NCBI GenBank assembly: GCA_028534125.1
Contig: CM052818.1
Coordinates: 48,796,001-48,860,000 of the forward strand
Length of the DNA: 64,000 bases
Reading direction: 5' to 3'
Source: Lama glama
Lineage: Eukaryota
The notes beneath the pieces were generated by a model. The model saw nothing but the letters and a program-made list of their open reading frames with translations, ran no database searches and was not told the origin of the DNA. This document shows, piece after piece, positions 13,254 through 24,898 of this stretch (the stretch's first letter is position 1; each line of letters opens with the position of its first letter). The position numbers and the translations under genes were made by a program.

Positions 13254-13404
13254 TTTTTTGTTTTGTTTTTTTGATTGAAGTACACTCAGTTACAATGTGT
13301 CAATCTCTGGTGCACAGAACAGTGTCCCAGTCATGCATATATATACGTATATTCATTTTCATATTCTTTTTCATTAAAGATTATTATTACAAAATATTGA
13401 ACAT
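13254..13404 (-). mobile_element. Short 5'-truncated LINE-1 3' end with TSD
   Basis: T-rich tail then gattgaagtacactcagttacaatgtgtc; TSD CCAAGTCGATCTT (13241-13253) and CCGAGTTGATCTT (13405-13417). Confidence 0.92.
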
Positions 13405-13534
13405 CCGAGTTGATCTTAAACTTTGAATTGTGTATGCATCATTTTTTCCTTTGGAGATCAGGCCCTGGAGAAAGTTTTCTATAAACATTTCTAATTCCTG
13501 AGGTTTTCATGCAACCTTTGGTAAGACTATAGGG

Positions 13535-13705
13535 GGCCTGCTCTATGCCAAGCCCTGTGTTGATGCTTTATGTGCCTAATCTGTTACGGCGAGGACCAGG
13601 CAGGGAGAGCGCTAGTATATTGTTTTATGATTTAAAACAAGAAATAAGAGAAGGGAAGTCGCTCGCTTAACGCCACACCGTTAAACAGTGGTGGAGCTAG
13701 GAAGC
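13535..13705 (-). mobile_element. MIR fragment
   Basis: cctgctctatgccaagccctgtgttgatgcttta...agagaagggaagtcgctcgcttaacgccacac...gtggtggagctagga resembles antisense MIR. Confidence 0.6.
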
Positions 13706-13844
13706 TGCACGAAATCCTGGAGTGAAAGAGAAGAGCGTGCACACAGCACGGGGCTTCTCAAGGCTTGGCGCGGGCCTTCTCCCACCTGGACGCTGTCCCG
13801 TTATCCCCAGGGCCGCCTCCCCTTGTTTAAGTCCTAGTTGACAT

Positions 13845-14030
13845 TTAAAGCCTCCTTGGTGTCTTATTCTCCAAAAGCCCTTCCTTTGCCCCTATTTCTT
13901 AAATTGCATTAGGCGTCTTTAATTTGTGCAATTAGAGGGAAATGACCATGTCTTACTCTTCTTTGTTTCCCCAGAAGCTTTCACAGGGCTGGGCAGAGAG
14001 CATAAACGCCATAAATGTTCGTTGAAATAC
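13845..14030 (+). mobile_element. L2 3' end
   Basis: gaccatgtcttactcttctttgtttccccag...cacagggctgggcagagag...ataaatgttcgttgaa is the L2 terminus pattern. Confidence 0.6.
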
Positions 14031-17000
14031 CAATAAATGATGTAGTGCATAATTTCCGCTTCCACTTCTGTGAACCCCAGCTTCCTTCCAGGGCAGTCAC
14101 ACCCCCTGCTCTCATCCTGTGAAAGCTGAGTGACGCCGTCTCTCTTCTGGGCTCTCAGGGCTTCGTCCAGGCCCGTCCGTCAGTCATTCTGTTCTGCCGC
14201 TGCACTGATAAGGGCCCCTGCTCAACACGAGCCGATTCTGGGTCAGCGAGACTCACAGGACGCTCGTTCTGCGGTCTCTGGAAAAGCTCCCTTGTTCACG
14301 CTGGGTGTTAAAGAGGGGAAGTGGGAGATGGGAGCTGCTCCAGCCCGCTTGAGGTCTCACTGGCCTCACAAGGGACCTCGTGCTCAGAAAGTGAGACCTG
14401 CTAGTGGGAAGGAGAAGCATGTGTCGATGACGTTGTTTGCACCACATCAAGCCATTGCTGAAGCTGGGTTTACCTGGACTAGACAGTCATGAGAGTCTCT
14501 CCCCACAACCCCCCTTAAAATTTCTTTCGCTTCCACACAACTCACTCCCACTGGTTCAGAAACTAGTGACAGGAGGTAGGTGTCGAAGGCAAAAGGCCCC
14601 CAGAGGGAGGCTGGCGGAGCCCCGCCCACACGTGCAAGGCAGGGGCCCCTTGGTCGTCCAGCCGTTCGCGTTGCAAGGTAACCAGGTGATTGTCTGGGCT
14701 GTTTCTGGTGTATTTGGAGACCAAGGTCATGTGCTGACTGCCCACCTTCCAAAGTTGGAAGACTTGACAGGAGAGATTCCAGACGCTGGAGGATTTCTGT
14801 GCTTGTCACAGGTCACACGTAGATAAACACTTGAAACTGGCCACACCAGCCTCTACTTGTGCACTTCAGTCTAGGGAAAGCCAGGCTTTTCTACACACAG
14901 ATAAAATTAAAGCCTGCCGAGGCAGAGATGAGGCGAGCCCTGAGGGGAGATGGAAATGGGACCAGGGAGAAGCTTAATGTCACAGGCCACTCACAGGCAC
15001 ATTACGTTATCTTCTTTCTCCCTCAGAAAATAAAGAACCATTTCCGTTTTAAACAGCCATTCTCTGAGATGCAATGGGAAGTGAGAGATGACGCTAGTAA
15101 TGTCTCCTCAAATGGACCGCTGTCTGAAATGCTCTGAGATAAAGACCAGGATGCCAGCTGTTGGCCTTGGACAGAGCACCTAGCAGAGCCAGTTTCTGGA
15201 AAACCACATTCCACATCGAGGTTATTTTTTCTGCTAATTGATTCCCCCCTTGGCACACACCATGGAGTTTACTGCACAGAAATAGACAAAACACCTGTAA
15301 GTTTCATAAAGAGTTGTGTCACTGGAGTAACTCCTGGGACAGCCAAGGACCGTCTGGGATGCTCAACCCTAAGACAGCCCGTGGACCTCTGGTCCTGTGT
15401 GAGAATAAAAGGTGATGCCAAAGGTGAACAGCTCCAGAGAAGGCGTCTTCCCAAGCTATCTCCAGTGCAGCCCCGGAGGGCAAGAGACGAAGGTGATTCT
15501 CCCAGAGAACAAAATCAAAGCAGCCAAAGTAAAATGAGGAGGCGTCACCGCCAGCCTTGGAGTCCCGGCCACTCCTTCCAGCAGGACATGAAATTCGTGG
15601 TGCGACATTGCTTCTGAGCACTGTTCTCCAGTTTCTAAACGGAAGTGGTCCAGCCGTGCCCCAGCAGGTCTGATTCTCTCTCTTTCTGCATATTGGGTGC
15701 GCTGGGAAGTGTCTATCATTTAGCCACGGACCTCCGAGCCGGAGGAGCTGGGGTAAGACTGACCCCGAGAGCTGCAAGACAATCAGAGCTCCTGCGTCTT
15801 GACCTGCAGCTGAGGGAGTTAATGGGATGAGGAAACATTGCCGCAGTTTAGGACGGGACGTGTTTCACAAGGACATGGTGTTTTTGTAGGTGTGTCTGGA
15901 TGGGAAGTGGCAGCTGCCAAAAGGTGGAGTAGACACTGGTTGTTATTCTACCTCCGAGCATCAACCCAGCCTTTCCTCCTCAAGGGACCAGGCCCCTGGA
16001 CCCTCGGGGAACAACCCCTCTCCTACGTTCAACCCAAGGAAAGGTCAGGTTGCAAAGACAGAGCATCTGGCCCAGTGAACACACTCAGTCCCCCGCCCCA
16101 AGCACAGAGCCCAGACACAAATGCAGGACCCAAATCCCGCCTCTCAGGGCCAGTGAGACTCTGTTCCAGAATCTCCTCTGTGCGTCGTGGGAAGTGAACT
16201 CTGTTCTCTCTGGAGCACATGCAGGGGGAACACACTAGAACTGCTCCAGCTTCCTCCCGGGGCAACGGGACCCCACACGGTTGCCCCCCGAGGCAGCAAA
16301 GCCAAGACGAGAGGGGAGCCCTCGCCCTGTGAACACGGAGACTGGGGTCCGGTCTTTCTCCAGGACTCTTTCTTTGTTTATTTTTAAACTCATTTCAGTT
16401 GGATTTCCTGTTGGTGGCAACAGAAACTGTCTAATCCAACTGATGGCAAAATTCTCGGCAAAGTCAGAGCTGTATGGTAGTTACTGAAGTTCTGCAAAAC
16501 ACTTTGGGTGCCTTTCCTGGTGGCGTAGGGAACTGATTAATGTTTCAAGAACACGGCTAGAAAGACTGGACCACCTTTCAGTGCCCAACCACAGGGAGGA
16601 GGGGGTGCCATTTTATTTTCAATATTTATGTGACATAAATTTAAACAAATCTGGCTTGAATTCTTCTTGGAGCTTTTATTTATTATCTTTAAATCCAACG
16701 TGTATTTTCAGACTTGAATCTGGCATTTATAACATTATGAAGGTTTCCAACTTCTTTGGTGGGGGAGGCGGGGGTAAAAGAATTTAAATGTATAGGAGTG
16801 TGTATGCACACACACACATACACACACAGAAGAACTTTCTGAGAAGTATAATTTTTATATTTGAAAGTGGCATCTCAGGATTTTTTTTCTCTGCAATAAA
16901 ATGACTTAAGAAGTTCTCAACTCGCAGATACTGTCCACAATCAAAGTGCATATTGATAACATCTGTAAAAATTCAGCTGAAAGTAGCATTAAAATCAACC

Positions 17001-19039
17001 TGAACTTTTTTTTTTTATTATTTCTCATGGATTCATTGGATTTTTGCCATTTTTTTCCTAAGTGAAACTACAATTATTTGGTTAAAGAAATAAACACTTT
17101 TACAATAACATTATTAGAAATCTTTTATTATAGACTTGGTAAGTCATCATTTCTCGTCTGAAGAGACGGCTATGATTTAAGCCCTTAAAGTCGACTGAGC
17201 GTCTGCTGCTGGGACCAACGTGCCATTATCAGGCTCGTTTAATATTTGGGAAATGCAATTAATCTGCTCAAAAATAAAACTGAAAATTTCAGTGCTGAAA
17301 GGTTAGACGCTGTTCATACTTTCCAGAGAGATACAACTTGGGCTTTGCAAAATGTGTTCGTGCACGTGTGCTCCTTCTGTGGGTTGGTTGGCTGTGGGTG
17401 TGAAGAAAGCGCTTAAATAAATCCTGAAACACTGGTCTGAAAAGGCCAGGAAAGAAGGCTGCGTGCTGGGTTATCAGTTGGGGAGTATCCAGCGTCACGT
17501 GCATTTACCGTCTCCTGTGAAGTAACCAGACTGTGTATAAGACTTCCCAGGGCAACGTCAGGGAGGGACAGGAAGGTGACCAGGTGAACAGAGGCGAGTG
17601 GCCCCTGAATAGAAGGAATGTCATAACCAACAGGAAGGAAGAGAGAAGACAACCTGGCTTTCTCTCTCCTGCTCTTATTCTCTGACTATGCTATGTCCGT
17701 CTTTTTTCCCTTACGTTTAGAACAAGTTTTACAAAAAATTCTAGTGAGGGCTGCATATTTCACCTCATGACTGAGCCCTAAAGCACTCTCAGTGCTAGTA
17801 CTGATCACATGTTGGGTGTAAGCTCTCACGCTCTACCAGCTTCTGTCATTTACTGCACAAAACTTCAAAGACCCCATTTTTATTTCCACTCTTTGCAGCT
17901 GGAGTGGAAATTAGTGCAAGGTAAGGATGCTGAATGCCCAGACACTGAGTGACTGGGAAGCTGTCACAGGCTTGTGAAATTGCCGTGAGGATGTGGGGGC
18001 TGTGCTAAATTACTCCCCATCCTCAAAACTCACCCCGGTAGCCACACAGCAATGCAATGTTATGAGGAACGGCTTTAAATCTATGTTTTCCTTATTTTTG
18101 TGTTTCACCCTTACTGTTGTGCATCACTGGAAATGGCGACTGCAGACTTCTTTATAATTACGCTACCTAACTCTTGATGTTTTGATTGAAATATTTATGG
18201 TTCCCAACACAGTTGAGTTTCCAAATTCCACAGTGCATGCATTCAACATCATTCCTCTATTATCTCACAAATATAAAAGCCTGAAGGGGTTAAATGCTGA
18301 TATTTTTTGTTTTACGAATTTAGTTCTATAAGTAGTAACGTTCACCTGAGCCAACTAATATGAACAGTGGTTTCTACTCCGTTTTCCCCAAATCTCTCAA
18401 TTTATTTTTCTTGGTTCTTCAAATAAAGAGTCAAGAGTGAACGAATATTCTGAGACTCCTATACAGATTTTTTTTATTCTGAACTGAGAATTTATCATTA
18501 CATGAGTCCTTCCATGAGATAAACCGTAACTAATAAATATACAAATACACTAATGCACTAAATGTTCCAGTTAAAAGCAAAAACTAAAAATTAGAGGCTC
18601 TAGTTAAGAGCAAAAATGGAGTGACTATAACAAAACCCCACCATGTGTAATTTATAAGAAATACATCAAAAACATAAGGTTTATCTAAAACATAAGCTTG
18701 AAATAAAAAAACAGAAAAAGATGTACCAAGGAAACACCAACCAAAAACAAAACAAAACAAAAAACACCTGTGTAACTATTTTACTCTCAGACAAAGTTGA
18801 ATTCATGGCAAAGTATCACTAGAAATAAAGTATCAAGAGATAAGAGTTTCAATTTACTAGGAAGATGTGACCATTTATAGATTTCATGTGATTTTATGAC
18901 CTGAAAACATGGAAAAAAAAACCCAAAACCTGACACGATAATAAGAGAAAAGAGAATCACCCACAATCAGTGTGGGAAAACTCATGAAAGACACAGAGAT
19001 TCAAACAAATAAAAAAACCGCTAATCTAATGTAATGGAG

Positions 19040-19107
19040 AAGGAGAGAGAGGGAAGAAGGGAGGGAGGGAGGGAAGGAGGAAGGAGAAGAGGAATGAAAG
19101 AAAAGAA
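19040..19107. repeat. GA-rich purine tract
   Basis: aggagagagagggaagaagggagggagggagggaaggagg... read directly. Confidence 0.8.
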
Positions 19108-19964
19108 ATCAGCCTCAGCTGCAGAACACACACTGTTTGCAGCAAGCTTGGAATATTCTTCCAAAATTGAACATATCCTCGTCCACAAGCAACTCTCCAC
19201 ACAGCTGAAAAGTTTCAAGTTACGCAGAGAATGTTTTTTGACAACTGTGTAATTAAGTTGGAAATAAATAACAAAGAAAATACAACAAAATATACTTATG
19301 TTTGGAAATTAAGAAAGATACTTCTAAGGAAGCCATTGATTAAAACAGAAATTATAATGGAAACCAAATATTTTGAGCTGTGTTGTAATAAAATTCTATA
19401 CATCAGAATTTGTGGGATACAACTAAAACAGGATTTAGAGAAAAATTTATACTCTTAAATATATAAATGAAAGTCTATAAATTAACAAACTAAAAGTCTG
19501 TCTCAGAAACTTAAGAGAAAAAGAGACTGATAAAAGTAAACCCAAAGAAACAAGGAAATAGAGAAGATAAAAGCTTAAAACCAGAACAGAAGAACTTACT
19601 AAAGTAGAAAATAGATTCAGAAATCAACAAATCCAAACAGTGGTTCTTCAAAATGTCTAAAATTTCATGAACTTCTGGTGAGATTGGTGGAGAAAGGAAG
19701 AGAAAAGGCCTAAATAACTAATTTCATGGATGAAAAGAATCATTCTCTGCAGACCAGGAAGCTACCATACAGACAGAATATCCTAGAAAAACGTACATCA
19801 CTCAGACTGCCCTCACCTCAGCAGAGAAGCTGCCAGTCACCCTGACTGTAAGGAGCTGAAGTTCTAAAGCGCAAACAGAAAAGTCCATTTTGCTCAGAAC
19901 ATTTTAGATCCAGGTGGCTTCACAACCAAGTTTTCCCCAAATATTTAATAAAGACATAATTCCA

Positions 19965-20555
19965 TTATTTTATTACTTAAAAAAATTCTTTTTAATCACT
20001 GAGTAGCATTCCATTGTATAAATACACCACAACTTCTTTATTCAGTTATCTGTCGATATACATTTAGGTTGCCATTTGGAGCAGTATGGACGGACCTGGA
20101 GATGGTTACTCTAAGTGAAATAAGCCAGAAAAATAAAGAAAAATACCATATGTTATCACTCATTTGTGGAATCTGAAACAAAAAAAAAAAAGAAAAAGAA
20201 AAAGAAAAAGAAAAAAGAGGACACTAACAAACTCATCTACAAAACAGAAAGAGCCTCGCAGACATAGTAAACAATCTTACGGTTAATGGGGGAAGAGGGT
20301 GGGAAGGAATAAATTTGAGAGTTTGAGATTTGCAAATGTTAACCAGTATGTATAAAAATAAATTAAAAAACCCAATTTATTCTGTACAGCACAGGGAACT
20401 ATATTCAATATCTTGTAATAACTTTTAGTGAAAAAGAATATGAAAAGGAATACACACACACACACACACACACATATGCATGACCGGGACACTGTGCTGA
20501 ACACCAGAAACTGACACATTGTAACTGACGGTACTTCAATTAAAAAAAAGAAAAA
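19965..20555 (+). mobile_element. Younger 5'-inverted LINE-1 nested in the ancient L1
   Basis: Antisense L1 19965-20073, then sense ORF2 end and 3'UTR 20070-20555 with poly(A); TSD AAAGACATAATTCCA (19950-19964) and AAAGATATAATTCCA (20556-20570). Confidence 0.93.
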
Positions 20556-21944
20556 AAAGATATAATTCCAGTTATACATGATTGTTTCTAGAATTTATTT
20601 TTTGAAGTAATTAATCTGTTAAAGAAGGTAAAAGAAAAAATTACAGGCCATCTCTCTAATAAGTAAAGATTAAAATATCTGAAAATATTAGCTAGCTAAA
20701 TCTAAACTCCAAATGTAACTTCACTGAGTTTACATCAAAATTTAAGATTGGTTTATCTTTGGAAAATCCATCAGTATTTTGAGTCAAAAACTATTATGAA
20801 AGGAGTACACTAATACAGTCATTCCAATAGATGCATCACAGCATTCAATGACATTTAAAACCCATTCATAATAAAAGGCACTCAGCTGACGAAGAACAGA
20901 AAGAAATTCCCTTTCCTGATAAAACGTGTTTAACAAAACAACACAAATGCCTTACTCAACAGTGAAATGCTAGATGGCCCCCTGGTTCTAACAGAAGAAC
21001 AACTGTCCCCACCACCATTCCTTTTGAGTAGAGTGTGGCGCTCCTATTCAATATAAGATACATTATAACTTAATACTATCTAGTGAATTAAATAAATAAA
21101 TGATTAAAAGTACAAGAATTGGAGAATAAGAAATAATTCAAAAGGAAGAAACAAAACTGTAATTATTTGTAGATGCTATGAAGGAAATTCTCCAAAGGAA
21201 TCTGTAGAAAAGCTGAAGGAATTGATGAGATTTTATCAAAACTGTATGAATAAAATCAATGTTAAAAATCTGTATTCTTCTATATCTGTAATGATTAAAA
21301 TTGAAGAAAAGATACCACTTACAATAAGACTCCAAAATCCTTAGTACAAGACACAATTTTCACAATAACAGAAAGAAAAGTGAAGATCTCAGTGGGAAAA
21401 TATAAACCTGTATGAATGACTTAAACAACACTAATGGAGAGACACACCACGTCCCTGGATTTGTAAACTTAGCAGTGTATTATAAAAATGCCAGCTCTTC
21501 CCACATTGAAATCCATATATTTAGTGCAATCCCAAACAAAAGCCCAAAAGGATAAAAAAGAATTGTGACGTAGCTTGATGAAATTATTCTAAAGTGATTA
21601 TGAAAATTCATATAATTAAAATAGCTTTGATACCCTTAAAAAAGAAGCTGGAGATCTTGACACGTTTGCTTTCAAAGCTTTTTGCTATGATATTGTAACA
21701 GGTACAGCAACTGGCCCAGAGACAGACAGACCAGCAGGCAAGACTGGGGGGTCCAGAAACAGATCCCAGCACCTGCCACCGGAACAGACGACAACAGCAG
21801 CTTCAAGCCTCAGCTGGCAGGGACGGTTTCCTAAACATGTGGACCTTGGTCAGCGGGGGTGCATGCAGAAACCAGAATCAGTGTGGACTTCCACATCAGA
21901 TACACGTCCACTTGGGAGGACTGGGGACCTAAGAGTAAAAGGTA

Positions 21945-22040
21945 CAGCAGAGCAGAGTGGAGAAGAATAGAATAAAGTAGAGCAGAATAGAACAGTAAAA
22001 TAAAATGAAGGTAAAACAAAACAAAATAAAATAAGATAAA
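21945..22040. repeat. Degenerate pentamer tract (CAGAG/TAGAA/TAAAA)
   Basis: cagcagagcagagtggagaagaatagaataaagtagagcagaatagaacagtaaaataaaa. Confidence 0.65.
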
Positions 22041-24419
22041 ATTTGAGATGCAAACAGAGGACAATTTTATCACTTAAGATAAAAATATTTTTTAAAAAAG
22101 ACCCAAAAGGGCACAGATTAAGGAAAAAGACTAATAAATTGAACTAAATTAAAAAGAAAGTGAAACGAAACAAGCCACAGAATGGGTGATTACACTTGTG
22201 ACTAGTTAATCTGGCAAAAAAGACCCAAAGCTCATGAACTTTCACAAGTTGTTGTTGTTGTTGTTATAAAGCAAACAGCACAAAAGAAAAATCGGCAAAG
22301 AATGTAAACAGACACTTCACCGAGGAGCAAATAAGTGTCCAAGGAACGTGTGAGAAGGTGTCCAGTGTTATTTAGAGACTGAGAAGATGAGATAGTACGC
22401 ATTCACTGGATGGAGAAAAATAAATGACAAAACCAAACGTTGCTGACTGAGTCCACAGAGGGCTAGGGACTCGTGCCCTGCTGCTGGGAAAGCAGCTGGG
22501 TCATCTCTAGGAGAGCGGAAACGTGTACACTGTGAACCACGGATACTGTGCACCAGCAGTGCTGTTTCTGATAATGTGTATACTCAGCGGGAAGTTAGGT
22601 ACAACCAGATACGTGCACGAGAGTGATCACGGCAGCAACGCGCACAGATAGTTAACACTGGAAATGTTAACACAGCAGCCTAATGGGAAAACACCTTGCG
22701 AATATTCAGACGGTGGGAAACTACACAGAAACGCAACGACTACGTCGCGTGGGACATGGGCCAACTAAAACTATATGGTTGAGCCAGAAGTCGACACATT
22801 GCAACTGAGGTTTTAAACACACACATATATATAGTTGAGTAAATGAGGCAAGGGGCAAAAATACATGATGTACAATTCCATTCAGATAAAGTTCAAAAAT
22901 AAGCAAAACTAAAATGCAGTATGCAGGATACACGGGTGGGGGATAAGAACACAAACGAAGGAAGGAAGTGGCTTCCATGTAAGTCGGGATCGTGGAAAGA
23001 GTTAGGACCAGAGGTGAGCTGGAATCCAGGAGGCTCCTGGGGCACCAGCAGTTCTCTGAGTTATTTGGAGGGTACTGTGGTGTATGCACGATCTCTGTTT
23101 ACTTCCGTGTGCAGGCACAGATGTAGGCGTGGGTATCGACGGAGATGGAGACAGCAGTGTAAGGGCACTGGTGTGTAACACTGCACTGCTCACTTCATAT
23201 TCCTTGTGAATCCAAATGAGTCACTTTGTGTTTTTCTGACATCAGATACACTTAATACACTTGAATTTTCACGGTGCTCAAGTAAACATCTAAAAATCAG
23301 TCGTCATTGCATTTCATCTAGAAATAAGACATTCAGAATCACTCTAATGTTCGAATGCATCCTGGTCCTAACCCTGGAAAGTGCTCTGAACACATTGGCA
23401 TGTTGGTATGGGTTCGACTGAGGTGGAAAGTTCATGGGCAAGAACACTTCAACTTTCTAGAAGATTATTTCTAAATATGCCCAGTATGTTTGCGATGCTT
23501 TAACATGGATAAAGAGATAAGCATTTTTGAAACACTCAGTTACAGTTTTATTTTGAAATAAAAGGTCTATTTTCCAAGGAAATACAAGGATGTGTTCCAC
23601 TAAATCACGCAGGAGTGGATCTGAGATGTCAGGACCTTTAGACTTGGCAGCCACTTGGGTCCACAGGCACCGGGGCTTCCGGATGTGACGCACCCCGTTG
23701 ACAGATAAGAGCTGTCAGTCTGCCCTGACGTCAGGACTGGCCCCTGGCAAAACGGAACTCGATGGCTTGGCTTGGTAGTTTCCCACTGTAAAAGCAAACG
23801 CTATTAGGTTAATGGAGTAAATGTTTGCCATTTTAATCATACAAATGGGACTTTGTGGTTCTCTTTGGGGTGATCAGCTGTTTCATTTTGGGGTGACTCG
23901 TAAAAGAAAAATGTAAAAAGGAAAGCTTGTCCTGTAGTGTAGAGTTACTGGCCGTATGGATCAACAGCTAATCTTGTGAAAAGAAGGGGAAATGTGCTGA
24001 AATTCAGAAAGCGGCAAAAGCTACATTGCCACTACTCAGGGAATTTTGCTCAGAATGCAAGTGAAGGTAATTACAAGCTTGCTTAGTACTGAGGATCTGA
24101 TTTGACTAAAGAACTCTGTATTTTGGTAGAAACATCCTAATTCATCTTGGAGGAGGGAAGGTTCGTCTCTGAAAATAATGAGATGCACCTGGCCCACGCC
24201 TACCACTCAGGCCTGAGCTACTGTCTGTGTTCAGGGAGGGATGTTCACCTGCAGGGTGTGGTCGTGCACATTCAGCCCACTTCACAGTGGAAACTATCAA
24301 CTACGCCAGGATATATTCCTTCTTTCAATGTTGTCTGCTTAGGAATTTTGTCAGAGAGGAGTAGACTTGAGCAGCTGACTCCTAAATCTGCCTCAAGTTC
24401 ATCATTACTCCGTTACTCT

Positions 24420-24898
24420 TGTTAACTGAAAAAAGAAGAAGAAAAAAAAAAAAAGCAAAAAGCACAACCTGCAAGTTGAGCACTAGGCTTTATCCGGTGG
24501 GCTTACTGAGGACTTAAGCCTGGGTGACGGGCTCCCAGGTGCTCAGAGGGATCACCCCAAAGAGATAAGGGAGGGGCCGGGATATAAACAAAACAAAAAC
24601 CTAAAAACCAAAAAAACGAAAAACAGGTAGGTGGAATGTCAGAAGATTAATGCTAATTGAAGAAAACCCAGGCACTTCAGGTTAACGAATTTAGCACTTT
24701 TCTACGAGTGGGAAGAGGCAAGAGCCTGGGCTCACTGAAATCGTCCCTCTGACCTGCACCTTACCTCTCCGGGCCAGTACCTTGCTTTCTCCACCCCGAA
24801 AGCCCTCAGGGTGCGCAGGGTCAGCTACAGGAGCCCAGCGCTGGATGGCCACCGCATCCTTCATTTACGGATGTGGTACGTGACGTTCTTCCTCCACA
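24420..24898 (-). mobile_element. Solo ERV1-class LTR (MER41-like cetartiodactyl family; name tentative)
   Basis: TG...CA termini (tgttaactg...ccaca), 479 bp; aaaagcacaacctgcaagttgag, actgaggacttaagcctggg and ctgggctcactgaaatc match a recalled artiodactyl LTR in antisense. No clear TSD. Confidence 0.75.

Larger units (their letters stand above)
18520..23100 (+). mobile_element. Ancient LINE-1 remnant (ORF2 plus 3'UTR; L1MC/ME-like), decayed and interrupted
   Basis: A-rich sense strand with collinear ORF2 debris: endonuclease start near 18540, VIKLEINNKENTTKYTYVWKLRKILL (ORF 19231..19458), RT-region tattcaata/ttatttgtagatg near 21045-21175, and an L1M 3'UTR (attccattcagataaagttcaaaaataagcaaaact) near 22875. 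Confidence 0.85.

Noticed and set aside
14437..14826. Overlapping ORFs with protein-like composition
   Set aside because: No frame matches a protein I recognise and no convincing splice sites bound it.
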